From positions 1-64,000 of the forward strand of contig NW_021833658.1 in the NCBI RefSeq assembly GCF_006345805.1: 64,000 nt of DNA. The letters are read 5' to 3'. This stretch comes from Octopus sinensis. Lineage: Eukaryota. This document shows, in pieces, positions 40,250 to 53,800 of this stretch. The notes under the pieces are model-generated. The model was not told where the DNA came from, did no database searches, and saw nothing but the letters and a program-made list of their open reading frames with translations. Positions within the stretch are counted from its first letter, which is position 1; the number at the start of each line of letters is the position of its first letter. The position numbers and the translations under genes are program-made.

Positions 40250-40517
40250 AAATGATAATAATATAAATAAATACATTGAAATGAAACTAAAATAATTAAA
40301 AAGAAGAATATGTGCACTAACAATTAACCTTTGCTGATCTCAATGTTTAGTGTGGTGTTTTGGTTATGACATTTGTAAATTAAGATATGTATGGCAGTTA
40401 TGAAAAAATAAAGATAAGAAAAGAAACAAAAATAATAATAGGAAAAGTTTTTTAAATACAAAAAGCATAAAACAATATCCATTCATGCCGTTCATGAACA
40501 TTTAACATACACACACA

Positions 40518-40562
<45 letters not shown>

Positions 40563-41041
40563 TATATATACATAAGTATATATATATACATATATAAAAT
40601 CTCATTGGAACATGTATTCATGTATGTGTTCACATGCATTCTCATGCATATATGTATGCATTTTCATGCATAGGAGAGAACAATTATAAAGCAGAGTTTT
40701 GCCATCAACATATATATATATACTAATATAACAACTATATATAAACATAAATCGTATGTGCATATATATGAGTCTAAATATATATATATACACATATTTA
40801 TATACACACATATATATATACACGCATACACACATATACACTTATATAAACACAAATTATATATTTGTATAAATATAGTGAGAGGGACAGATACATGTCA
40901 TTATATATATATATATATGCACCGTAAGTATACACAAGCAATTCTAAATAATATATATTCACTCCATGCAACTTACAAAAATGTTATGAAGTCCATCTCT
41001 TAACATCTAATGATAAATTTTTATTATGATGGTATATGCAT

Positions 41042-41076
<35 letters not shown>

Positions 41077-41231
41077 TATAATATATATAATATATATATA
41101 TATATATATAAATGAAGTAGTGTTGTTTTTTGTTAGAAGACAGCCAGTGATTACTCCCTCTTACTCAGAGTGTCAACATACTTATCTCTAATATTTCAGA
41201 TGATATTATCTGTCATATTCTTATGCAGATC

Positions 41232-41466
41232 CAAACTTGGCCGATGCCAGCACCGCATTGACTGGTTTCTGTGCTGGTGGCACATAAAAAGCATCCTCTA
41301 CACTCACGGAGTGGTTGGCATTAGGAAGGGCATCCAACTGTAGAAACACTGCCAGATCAGACTGGAGCCTGGTGCAGCCTCTTGGCTTCCCAGACCCCGG
41401 TCGAACCATCCAACCCATGCTAGCACGGAAAACGGACATTAAACGATGATGATGATGATGATGATG
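41232..41466 (+). mobile_element. SINE family C
   Basis: Family domain and (GAT)n tail. Confidence 0.9.
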
Positions 41467-41900
41467 AAGCTTATGAGCATATCCCTTCAAGAGCATTTGT
41501 GAAACTCTGTGTAACAAGCAACCATTCTGGTTTTTCAAAAACTAATACTATTTACTTTAGACAGGATTTATTTGCACTGTGTGTAGACTACAGCTCTCCT
41601 TTACCATTACTTTTTTGAAAAAAAGGTATTTTTTATATTTGATGGCATAGTGGAAAACTTGAATTTTCACTTTGAACTGAATGTAAATTTTTTCCAGGAA
41701 ACTTAAGTAAAATTTCTTTCTAGTTTACATACAATACAAAGATCACACTCACAAAGCTGTAATTATAAAATGGCAAAGTGAATTACTTCTTCATAACATC
41801 TCATAGCCAGTGATGTTATTTATAATTACAAATTAGGGAAGTGATAAAAATATTTGCACAAAACTTTAGGGTTAGGAAAATGATTAAGCACCATTACCAT

Positions 41901-42105
41901 GATGCAGCACGGAATTTTGTCAGTGAACAGGTCGTGGTCTCAAAGCAGCAAAAATATTTTGGCAAATTAAATTTAAATGTTGAAGTGAATCTAACAGTTT
42001 TTGTGTGTTTCTTAAATGGATTCTAAACACCTTCCACGCTGCAATTGTTTTCGTTCCAGCACACTATCTCAGATCAGGTCACTTGCTATGCAAGTACATC
42101 TCTGT
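41901..42105 (+). mobile_element. Second copy of the 15520 Penelope-like repeat
   Basis: TTGTCA-GTGAACA-GGTCGT...AAAAATATTT-TGGCAA. Confidence 0.7.
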
Positions 42106-42216
42106 AAAAACTATCTTTTTGTTTTCTGAAAAAGCAATGTTTTGGACTTACGACACTTTTACATAATAGCAACGATATATATATGAGTGTGTGTGTATAT
42201 ATATATATATATATTA

Positions 42217-42390
42217 TCATCATCATCATCGTTTAACATCCGTTTTCCATGCTAGCATGGGTTGGATGGTTTGACCGGGGTCTGGGAAGCCAGGAGGCTG
42301 CACCAGGCTCCAGTCTGATCTGGCAGTGTTTCTACAACTGGATGCCCTTCCTAACGCCAACCACTCCGTGAGTGTAGTGGGTGCTTTTTA
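42217..42390 (-). mobile_element. SINE family C
   Basis: Family domain present. Confidence 0.9.
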
Positions 42391-42799
42391 CATATGTATA
42401 TATATATATATAATATATATATACACACGCTTGCTCACACACATATATGTATGAATATATATGTATTGATTAGAAGATGAAGCATCACAAAACGATTTGT
42501 TGATATCTCCAGTTAACAGCTGATAATACAAACATACAATATATCAAATGATGATGAGGAAGAGGAGGATGGTGAGGATGATGACATGAACTCAGTCACT
42601 TAGTCACACTGGTATTACACTTCCAGAGGAACAGGCTCCAAAACACCTCAGCTGGGGTTGGTGAATTGAGGAACAAAACTTTACATTTAGAATTAAGCAC
42701 ACAGCATAACAGGCCCTAAAATCTTCTTTATCAGTTAACTGAATGCAATAATTTCATTGCATTTTAGAATAAAAATACCTGTTCAAAGTGAATAGAAAA

Positions 42800-42987
42800 T
42801 AAAACCAATTTTAATGTGGGGGTGAAAGAAAGAAAGTTGTGAATGTAGTCGAGTTAACAGTTCCTCGTGAAGATTACATGGATGCCACTCGGACTCGAAA
42901 GATTAACCTTTATGTAAACCTCCTCAAGGAATATGAAGACACAGGCTGGAAAGTGGAGCATTTTCCAATCGAAGTCAGATGTGAGAC
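42800..42987 (+). pseudogene. Restriction-like endonuclease fragment of a HERO/NeSL-type non-LTR retrotransposon
   Basis: VVELTVPREDYMDATRTRKINLYVNLLKEYEDTGWKVEHFPIEVRC fits the ELTVPWE..RK..KY..GW....PIEVGC motif. Confidence 0.8.
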
Positions 42988-43321
42988 GACTGTTGTTATC
43001 GTTAAGCCTAACTCATCGTAAAGTAAATTCCACCATGACCAATATCCAAACTACAGTAGAAAAGGCAAGCCACTGAATTCAGTTAAAAGGAGATGATGAG
43101 TAATGGCTAGAAGAATATTGAGCTTTATTTGATAATCAACTGATCTAGCAAGCAGGGCCTCATATCAGTAAGTGGGGGACTATGTGCATTGATGTTGTTG
43201 AAAGGTAGGCTCTGAAACAGCACGCATTCTCTCCTGATGGCCCCATACACTTGCTGGCTTCCAGTATGCAGAGCTCTCAATTGGTAGCATGGCCAAGTGC
43301 AAGTTGTTTGCAAAACATATA

Positions 43322-43524
43322 CTCTCTTTACTCTTTTACTTGTTTCAGTCATTTTGACTGCGACCATGCTGGAGCACCGCCTTTAATCGAGCAAATTGAC
43401 CTCAGGACTTATTCTTTGTAAGCCTAGTACTTATTCTATCAGTGTCTTTTACCAAACCACTAAGTTACGGGAACATAAACATACCAGCATTGGTTGTCAA
43501 ACGATGTTGAGGGGGACAAACAGA

Positions 43525-43575
<51 letters not shown>

Positions 43576-43752
43576 GCACATATATACGACGAGCTTCTTT
43601 TAGTTTCCGTCTACCAAATCCACTCACAAGGATTTGGTTGGCCTGAGACTATAGTAGAAGACACTTGCCCAAGGTGCCACGCAGTGGGACTGAACCTGGA
43701 ACCATGTGGTTGGTAAGCAAGCTACTTACCACACAACCCACTCCTACACCTA
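43322..43752 (-). mobile_element. SINE family A
   Basis: Full head and tail. Confidence 0.9.
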
Positions 43753-43940
43753 TATTTATCTCCCTTGAATATTAGCTTTACTGTCACAAATTTAAGCAAC
43801 AAATTTGCCATTGTATGGGGACTAAAACTTATTAACATACAGAGTATATGATACTATTTAATACTTTCAGACTCACAACAGAATGGCACATGAAATAGCT
43901 ATTGTCAAACAATTACAGCCACAGTGTATATCTAACTTTT

Positions 43941-44377
43941 ATTTTATCGATCATCATCATCATCATTGTTCGACCATGGTTGAGACAATGGAATTTACCA
44001 TGCTACGCCAGACTTCACGGTCCATCATAGCATTACGGAGGTCCTGTTGCTGGATGCCTGTATCCCTGGAGATTACATCAGGGTAGGAGAGTGTGCGCCC
44101 TCTGGCTGGTATCGCGAGCAGATGGCTTCCAGAGGAAAAGAGTAGAAATTGCCTCGTTTTCAGCTCTACAACAATGTCCAGCAAACTGGACTCTCCTACC
44201 TTTCACAAGAGATGATACAGGTGGTAGTTTCCCATATATTTGCATTTTGGTTGGATGACGCTTCCACGAGAGATTTTGAGCTCTCATAAGGAGGTGAGTG
44301 TAGGTTCCATCCAACCGCCTCTCAAGCTTCTTTGATAACGTCCAGGTTTCTGAGCCATATAGTAGAATTTTATCGAT
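43941..44377 (-). mobile_element. 5'-truncated RTE-clade LINE with 11-bp target-site duplication
   Basis: ILLYGSETWTLSKKLERRLDGTYTHLLMRAQNLSW..FAGHC..AMMDREVWR; (TGA)n tail; ATTTTATCGAT at 43941-43951 and 44367-44377. Confidence 0.9.
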
Positions 44378-44506
44378 AGGGATGTAACATTGGGTTCAAA
44401 TACTAACAATGGCTTCACATCTTCTTACTTTATAAACGTTATAGCTACAATGAATTCCAATAATTAACAATTTAACCAAAAAATACTACTACACTTTGTT
44501 TTGTAG

Positions 44507-44732
44507 GCATCCCTGTTGTCAGCCTTGTCAGAGTTACCATGATCATGATCCTGATGATCATCGTCGTCGTCGTCGTCATCAACATCATCATCATCATCAT
44601 CATCATTATCAGCAGCAGCAGCAACAGCCGTTCAAGAATTTGGACCTGGAGATCTCCATTTCCAGTGACTTCAAGGGCCACCTCCCAGTGGTGTCGGGTA
44701 TCAACGAAGAGCCCTCGACTCCAACAAGATGA
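44507..44732 (+). CDS. Probable terminal coding exon of an unidentified host gene
   Basis: Acceptor CTTTGTTTTGTAG|G; open frame HPCCQPCQSYHDHDPDDH(R5)(H-rich)(Q6)PFKNLDLEISISSDFKGHLPVVSGINEEPSTPTR*; strong GC3 bias against an AT-rich background. Confidence 0.55.
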
Positions 44733-45722
44733 CCAAAGTTTTTTTTTTTTCCAAGGTCTGGGGTCTCCCACCCCTAAGCCCTAGACCATCACCTAATCAC
44801 CCTTACCTGTCTTGTTGCTTAACAACAACAACAACAACAACAACAGCAACAGCAGCAAATTCAAAACAGTTCTAAGCGTCCATCATCGTCATTATTATCA
44901 TTATAATAATTATCTATATCGACAGAAGTCATCTTACAGTTATCGTCATCGCAGCCATTATAATCATCAACATCCTCCTCCTCATCCTCATCATCATCAT
45001 CATCATCTTCATCATCATCACTAAACCCACTATCATCATTAGAAGGCACACAATCACTACCACCATGATGACAACGACAACGACGATGATGAAGAACACC
45101 CCCCTCCACCACCACCACAACAACAACAGCTCCTCTCCCACCATCACCGCCAACACTATGGCCATTGCTATTACTACCACCACCACCACCACCACTACGA
45201 TTTTCATCGTAATAAATAAATCCTTATTGCTTAAAGTATTCATTCATCTGTAATCATCCCCAAATCCAGTACCATCCATCCATACATCCAGTCATCATCA
45301 TTGTCGGTCTCCTTCTGCTCTTACTCCTCCTCCTCCTCCTCCACCACCTCCTCTGCCTCCTCCTCCTCATCATCAAAACCATCGTCACCACAAGTACAAA
45401 GTTAAAACAACATATCTGCTAGATAGTGCTTAATATGCAGATGTGTAAAATACTGAATGTCCTGCAGACAAAACTACAAACAAAAGAACAAAAAAAAAAA
45501 AAAATCTCTCACAAGCATATTGGCTGAACAATTCTATCTTGTTATATTGCTGAACTAGAATAACTAGAGAGAATACATGCATGTATAATTATGCGTGTGT
45601 GTGGAGACACGCAAATTCACATATTCACACACATATGTACATACATATACCTATATATGTATAGATGTATATGTATATACATATATATGTATGCATGTTT
45701 TTAATAAATACATATATATATG

Positions 45723-45764
<42 letters not shown>

Positions 45765-46003
45765 TATACATATATACACATATGTATGTAAGTATATATG
45801 AATATGTGCATATAATTTCATGTGCAAAGCATTCAGACATGAAAGTTTAGGTTATAGAAATATATATATATATATGTACAAAGTTAGTTTTTATTAAATG
45901 TGTGCCTGTTTGTATGTATATATATATACCAATACATACATATACTCTATATATACACATGTACTTATACATATATATAATATATTATATATAATAATAA
46001 TAT

Positions 46004-46057
<54 letters not shown>

Positions 46058-46354
46058 GTGTATATATATATATATATGTTTACACATGTTTAGAAATATA
46101 CAAAGACTTAAGACACTTACATATTTACATATATATACACAGAAACACTCAGTGCAACTCTGTTTCTCTGTTTAACATAGCTTTTCTATAGTATTTCTTT
46201 CATCTAACAAATATTTCGATATATTTCTTCAAATTAGTTGAATATGAATCCATCGGCCAATCAAAGCTGGAGAATTTTGTCAGCTGCGATGCTGACTTCC
46301 AGCTCAGTGGACAGCTTATTAAGACATGGGGCTTTATTTAAAAAAAAAAATAAA

Positions 46355-46385
<31 letters not shown>

Positions 46386-46766
46386 TCAAAAGACGAAGAA
46401 GAAGATGATGACTATGAAGATGGCGGAGAAAAAAGAAGAGGAAAAGGAATTATAAGAACTAGAACAGGAGAAAAAGAGGAGAAATTTTTTACTCAGATTT
46501 TCAGATTATTCTGTATTGAAGCAATATTTGGTTATCATATTTGTTGTATCTGCTTCTTCGTTTGTCTGTCAAGTTGTCTGTTTGCCTGTCTGTCTGTTTG
46601 ACAGTCTGTTGTTTCATGTAACGTCTATTTGTGTATGAATACGCTGTGTCCCTGTGTTAGACATAATCCTTGTTCATATCTGTCAATGCATGAATGTGTG
46701 TTATGTGTACATATATGTGTGTGTGTGTGAGTATTTTGATTTCTTCCTCTCTCTCTCTTTCTCTCT

Positions 46767-46800
<34 letters not shown>

Positions 46801-48415
46801 ACACATACGTGTCTGTGTGTATGCATGCATATTTATATATATGGTTGAAGATATGCAATGCAGCACTTGAGAAAACCTGCCCATCATGGGCAGAGGTTCT
46901 GGATATACAATGTATATACACTATATACACACAGCTGGACCACTTGCCCAATTTGTAGCCGTTATGTATTCCCCAACATCCCTTATCTCCCAAACTCAAA
47001 TCCCTCCATCACTCACCTCACTACTACAGTACCTGTACCTGTATTTACCTGCATGTAGGACTACATTCTTTATCATCATTTTCTGTGCTATCAGTTATCC
47101 GTCCCTCTACTTTTCAACATCCAAGCTCCATTCTTAACATAGTCACTCTCCTCTTGTATGTTCTATTGATCACACTCTTGTACTACCAGTTAACTCTCTT
47201 CTTTCTTAAGTTCTTCCTCTTGACCCCTCCTATGTAATGCAGACTATCTTCACCTCCATCACCATGTCTCTCACTCTCCCCACACACTTTTGCGATCTAC
47301 TCACCCACTACCCTCCTACTATATCCCTTTCTCTCTTTCCTTCACTGAAAATAATTATTCCGCTGTTCCTTTTCTGTACCACCATTTATCATCTCTTCCT
47401 TACCTTTTCTCTAATTTATTTATCATCTGTCACTCTGCTACTCTTGTTCGCCTTTGACTAAATTCACCCTAACTCCTTACACCATCTCTAACCTTTCTTT
47501 ACTCTCCCCATATACCCACCCAACCTGATATTCTATTCCCATTCTCTCTTCTGTTCACCTTTGTTTGTACTTTGAGACTCAGACACCTCATCACTGTCTT
47601 CTGTATCTCTCAGTCCAGTTTCACCCTTTTTATTTAATTCCAGGTAGCCACATACATATCTTCTCTGCTGTGGAAAATTTCTCCTTATCTCTTTTTTCAT
47701 ACTTTAATCTTTTAATATCTATTGTAATGCCACCTCCCTCTGTATGATACTTCCCCCATTCAGGGGGAGCCTTTAGTCTTCTGGGTTATATAGTGACTGC
47801 ATTAGTACTGGTGCCATGTAAAAAGCATCCAGTACTCTGTGTGTAGTGGTTGGAGTCAGATATACGTGTATAAATTGCGTTGTCAGCTTGTCCCTCATAT
47901 CTTATGATCAGTTTTCTCTTCCTGGACGAATATTTGAACCATTAATACTGGTGAATGTGGTAATGAGGTCACCCTCTGTCTCTATCTATCTATCTATCTA
48001 TCTATCTACCTCACACACACACACATATGACTGAGCTGTCCAACAATTCTTTACTTTTATGGGTGCAAAGCATTGGGTAACCTTAAATAAAATTTCTTTG
48101 TAATAATTACTGCCCTATATTTTTAAAGTGTGCTTTGTTCTGATATATATTTTTTTTATTAACTATACATACATAACTGTATATATATATATATATATAT
48201 AATATATATATATTATATATATATATATATAAATTATATATATATAATTTCCAGTAACGCTTGCCGTAATCTCCTTTAGAGAGACTTAGTAATTTTAATC
48301 TTCTATATTTATATATATATATATAGGGGGAGAGTTCACGAAAAAAACAAAAGACGAAGACAGGTGGTGTATAATACAAACAGATGTATTAGTATAAAGC
48401 TCAGGAAAAACACAG

Positions 48416-48459
<44 letters not shown>

Positions 48460-48499
48460 TAGTAGCCCCTCTTTGTTACCAAGTACTTCTTCTTTCATT

Positions 48500-49080
48500 C
48501 GAAGTTTCTCATCTATATCAGTGCCTCTGATGGTGATTAGCAAAGTCAATTTTTAGATAGAACAATTGTCCACAGATGTCACATTTGATGGTCAGTAGAA
48601 GATTTGTTTGGATTTAGCAGGTCTTTGTCATCACAGCCTGTTATCCCCCTTCATCTTTTCAGTCATCTTCAAAGTGTTCTACATCAATCCTGATGATGTG
48701 GCACCACATCGTACTGTATTCTTTGCATTGATTCAAGGATTTATAGTCTATATTATTGCCCTTCATTCTCTGCTTTCAGTTTGTTTTTGTAGTATTGCAT
48801 GGGACAGGAGCATGACTTCTGCTGGCTCTGAGTTCACTGAAGAGGATTTGGCATAGAAGTCTGGTGCTATTCATGAAATGAATATGACCTCCCCATCTGA
48901 AGAATTGTCTGTGGATACCATCAAAGCTTTGGTTTTGGCTTATTTAAAAAGGAGTATAATGTCAACAACCTTGTGGTTTTTGATGCTCATAATTGATTGA
49001 AGTTTTCAGGGATTAAATTGTTCCAGTTTTTGGATATGTGTACAAACCAGTGTCAAGCTGTGTTCCATGAGGTCACAATT
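48500..49080 (-). pseudogene. Old RTE-clade LINE 3' fragment
   Basis: Minus translation FRWGGHIHFMNSTRLLCQILFSEL and terminal CDICGQ...ANHHQRH*. Confidence 0.7.
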
Positions 49081-49303
49081 TGTAACTTAACGATTCAATA
49101 AATGCAAATAGAGAAATTTAGCATCAGATGGAAATAAATATTAGGCTCAATGTCACCAGCTAAAACCTCTTGAAGGAAGTACTACAGCATGGCCACTGTC
49201 CTGTGCTTTAAGATAGAAAAAGAGAAAAGGAATATATATATGGAAGACTAAACAAGTCTTTGTGGAGTAACAAAATACTTGAGAATCATGCAATTGTCGA
49301 TCT

Positions 49304-49690
49304 AGGCACAGAAGTGGCTGTGTGGTAAGTAGCTTGCTTACCAACCACATGGTTCTGGGTTTAGTCCCACTGCATGGCACCTTGGGCAAGTGTCTTCTAC
49401 TATAGCCTCGGGCTGACCAAAGCCTTGTGAGGGGATTTTGTAGATGGAAACTGAAAGAAGCCTGTCGTATATATGTATATATATGTATGTGTGTGTGTTT
49501 GTGTTTGGCCCCCCAACATCGCTTGACAACCGATGGTGGTGTGTTTATGTCGCTGTAACTTAGTGGTTCAGCAAAAAAGACTGATAGAATAAGTAATAGG
49601 CTTACAAAGAATAAGTCCTGGGGTCGGTTTGCTCGACTATAGGTTGTGCTCCAGCATGGCCACAGTCAAATGACTGAAAGGAGTAAAAGA
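49304..49690 (+). mobile_element. SINE family A
   Basis: Full head and tail. Confidence 0.9.
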
Positions 49691-49949
49691 GGAAGAACTT
49701 CAGAATTGAATGGCTGCTTGTAGTTGTTGTTTAATCTCAGTCGACACTGATTGGACATTTTTATGTTTGATGATCCAGGAGTGACCGTAAATGTCTCTTT
49801 TTAGGAATATCATGGACAAGTATACACGGTAGTATTCTAACAACAGGACTAATGGAAAATTGCTCCCTATGAATTAGGCTAGGGCAATCAAACAATAAGT
49901 CAACAAGGTTTTTAAGCTGTGCTATATCTTGATAGGGAGAAAATTATGA

Positions 49950-50440
49950 ATGAATGAGGGAGAGAAAGAGAGGCATCTCCAAAATCCATCCCCTCCTCAC
50001 TGTGGCGGGGATGCTGGCAAAGGGTAGTGTCAGAGCTATGCCATTGGGAACTTCGGTTCCTGGTAGGGTCACCCAAGGCAGATTGGTCAGACACCGAGTG
50101 GTATTAGGGCCACAACCCGGCAGACTCTGGTGAAAATCCTCGGAGTGTCTGTTTCGGCAACCGGTGGCTCCTCAGTCATTCTGTCCCTGCGTCTGTGGAC
50201 AATCTGCGGCAAACAAGATGTCTCTACATGCGGGATTGTCGGGGACCACTTGTGAATTCGATATTCCCACGAAACTTCTTCTGCCATGGTTTGAGATGCC
50301 TCGAGGGTGGTAGAAGAAACCAACTCGACCGGCCCAGGGTGAATGTCACCACGAGTACAAGTAAGAAAGAAAGAGAGCAGGAGAAAAAAAGTGAAAAAGA
50401 GGGAGACACCGAAAGTGAGAGAGAAGGAGAGAGAAACTAA
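49950..50440 (-). mobile_element. Probable non-LTR retrotransposon ORF 5' region with a degenerate 2A-like motif
   Basis: Hydrophobic run followed by RGDIHPGP; GC-rich island. Confidence 0.45.
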
Positions 50441-50683
50441 ATTTTTCAAAGAAAATATTATGTTATCAAATTTTAGTAAAAAAATGTTATACCTAAAACA
50501 ATCATGTCAGCACATGTGCCATATATCCAAAATGTCATAAAGAGGAGCAAGCACCACAAAAGAACACAGGTTGCTTATTTTTGACCAAAGACTACAGTAT
50601 CTAATGTGTCCTCATTTTAAGATATTCTTGTGTGATTTGAGGTCAGGTTTGGTCCTTAATTTTAGGACATTGAATTACCATAA

Positions 50684-50977
50684 AAAGCACATAAAAAGCA
50701 CCATCCATACATGGTCGATGCCAGCCCCACCTTGACTGGCTTCCATGCCGGTGGCACGTAAAAAGTTCCAACTGATTGTGGTAACTGCCAGCCTCCCCTG
50801 GCACGTAAAAAGCATCCACTACACACACGGACTGGTTGGCGTTAGGAAGGGCATCCAGCCATAGAAACACTGCCAGATCAGACTGGAGCCTGGTGCAGCC
50901 TCCTGGCTTCCCAGACCCTAGTCGAACCGTCCAACCCATGCCAGCATGGAAAACGGACGTTAAACGATGATGATGAT
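50684..50977 (+). mobile_element. SINE family C
   Basis: Family domain and tail. Confidence 0.9.
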
Positions 50978-51671
50978 GGTTCTTCATTCAACAACAGTCT
51001 CTTTTTAAAGCATAATATTACCAGAAGTGGGAATAATAAGTTGAATATATGAAACTATGCTCTAATAATCATTTCCAAAGTTACTTTCCTTACCTGTCAA
51101 ATGTAACAAACTGCATCTGAGACACCTGTTCAAGAATCCATACTTATTGCTCTTACATTGTCCTTTTGGTCGTATTTGTTTTCGGTACATACATTTTGTT
51201 TAGAATAATCAAACAAATTGTTTAACATGTCAAACCCAGCAGATGCAGCTGAATTTCTTGCTCTAGAAAGCATTGTTATTATTTCATCATTGTTTCTTTT
51301 GTAATAATCTATTTTTGTTACAGACACATTTTCATAAGAATAATCAAACGAATTGGTTTATAATTAGTAGTTACTTCAAGTTTCAGAGCCATGAAGGAGA
51401 ATACAATATTGTATTGTGTGATACAATAAAGTACATTACCACAATGTACAATACAATGCATTAAAGTGCAGAACACTACAGCTGAACTCTATAAATCTGA
51501 GCAGAGCAATGTGGTAACAAACAGGTTATGAACTCAAAATTTTCCATCCAAAAATCCCACATTTTACCCTTTCAGACATTAGCATTTCCACATGATTGAG
51601 CTAAACATCTAAGTAACCCATATGACTGTTAAACAAAAACAATACATACATATATATATAATATATATATA

Positions 51672-51731
<60 letters not shown>

Positions 51732-51766
51732 TATTATATATATATATATATATATAATATATATAT

Positions 51767-51806
<40 letters not shown>

Positions 51807-52363
51807 TATAATAGAATAAAATAATATAAAATACAATACAATGAATAAATAAATGAAGAAATAAATGATGTTAAAAATATATTTTGATGATAACAATGAA
51901 GATTGATGGCTTAAAATATCGCGATATTGGCTAACGCCATCACTTCAGCCATTCGCAGACCTGCAGTCATCTGTAAGTACATTAATGTCGAACTGATAAT
52001 ATATATCTCCCACTCATTATGCACCCACACAGTCGTATACACATACAAGTAATTATACAGTCGTTTTTGTATATATACACAGACACACACAAACACACAT
52101 ATATATGATACATATATACGTATATAGACATACACATATGGATGTGTTTATATATACATATATATATATATCTATATACATATATAGACTCACACACATA
52201 TGTATATATTATATATGTGTGTATACATGCAGACACGCACAAATACCACACAGCTTATTAATCATGCTGAACCCACATACATATATATTGTATGACTATA
52301 TGGGAAGTTATTTTGTGGTTGTGTATATTTGTAAGTGTTTGGAAGTGTGTTTGTTTTGTATAA

Positions 52364-52398
<35 letters not shown>

Positions 52399-52904
52399 CG
52401 CTTTGGTCTCACCATCGATCATTATCAAGTTCATGATAAAAAGCGATAATCTTTTTCACTCAGCAGCATTCATCTAGTGATACACACACACACATAGAAA
52501 TACGTATTTATTTACATATACATAAACACGCAGAGACACACGTTTGTCTATTTTACATCCATTTCCTCCATACTAACATTGGCTTGACAAACATCTTATG
52601 AAGGCATTGTTTTACAGCTGGATGCCCTTCCAGTCACTAACACTTGCCTATTTTTCCAAGTTAATGCTCTCTTATTCCATGTCTTCAAATCTGTAAAGTG
52701 ATTTGATGATTTCTTGGCAAGGGAGATTTCAGTAGTACCACACACTTTTGTAGAACACAAATGTACACAAACACACACATATACATGTTCATGCACAACA
52801 TGCTCATATATACAATATGTGTGTATATATATGTTAAATATATATAGTAAATATATATATGTATATTAATATATATATATATATATTAAATATATATATA
52901 TACG

Positions 52905-53103
52905 TGCTGGTGGCAGGTAAAAAGCACCCACTACACTCTCGGAGTGGTTGGAGTTAGGAAGGGCATCCAGCTGTAGAAACTCTGCCAGATCAAGACTGGA
53001 GCCTGGTGCTGCCGTCTGGTTCGCTAGCCCTCAGTCAAAATCGTCCAACCCATGCTAGCAAGGAAAGCGGACATTAAATGATGATGATGATGATGATGAT
53101 GAT
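52905..53103 (+). mobile_element. SINE family C (part of the composite duplicated at 14012)
   Basis: Family domain and (GAT)n tail. Confidence 0.9.
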
Positions 53104-53290
53104 AATAAATATATATATTAAATATATATGTGTTAAATATATAAATATCTTAAATATATGCATAATATATGTTAAATATATGTTAAATATATGCATAAGT
53201 ATATATATATATATGTGTGTGTTAAATAAGATAAGATAGCAAGGTCAAGGCAATTTGACATTCCCAGAACATTTTTAAATAGAAAGGTGG

Positions 53291-53336
53291 TCTTACAGCT
53301 GTTTCAGGGAAATAAACAATATCCTATCATCAGAGA
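53291..53336 (-). ncRNA. Minimal hammerhead ribozyme with intact core
   Basis: TCT-CTGATGA-T-AGG..CCT-GAAAC-AGCT-GTA-AGA; stem III palindrome ACAGCTGT. Confidence 0.65.
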
Positions 53337-53573
53337 TGAGTTAAAAGAGCTTCACTTGAAGGAATTAGAATTCATTTTGTTAGAAGTTATTCTGAAGAGG
53401 AAGAGATATACAAGAAATTAGATATAATGCAGAAAATATAAGAGGAAAATATGACAATAAGAATACATGTTGGAAGTTAAAGTCGCTGTTCCGTTATCCA
53501 AGAAATGCGTTGTGTAGAATTGGTAAAGAGACTTCTTGTCCATGATGTATAAAGTCTGATAAGAATTCACACA

Positions 53574-53800
53574 TTAACCCTTTCGTTACTGTATTTATTT
53601 TGAGATGATCTGTGTTGCTTTCAATTACTTTAAATATAACAAAGAATTCAGTAAAATAACTTAGTTATCATTCAGCTTGTGTTAGGAACATAAATTGTGA
53701 CTAAAGTTTGATGGAAGATTTTCAATTCAAAACTTATGTAAAGACATTTGTACTACAGAACCAGAGGCAGTTTCAGCCGGGTTGGAAACAAAAGGGTTAA
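53574..53800. mobile_element. piggyBac-type MITE
   Basis: TTAA-CCCTTT...AAAGGG-TTAA. Confidence 0.9.

Noticed and set aside
51400-51465. miR-33-like hairpin on the minus strand (TGCATTGTATTGTACATTG)
   Set aside because: Several mismatches to miR-33 as recalled; explained by an ATACA-type low-complexity repeat.
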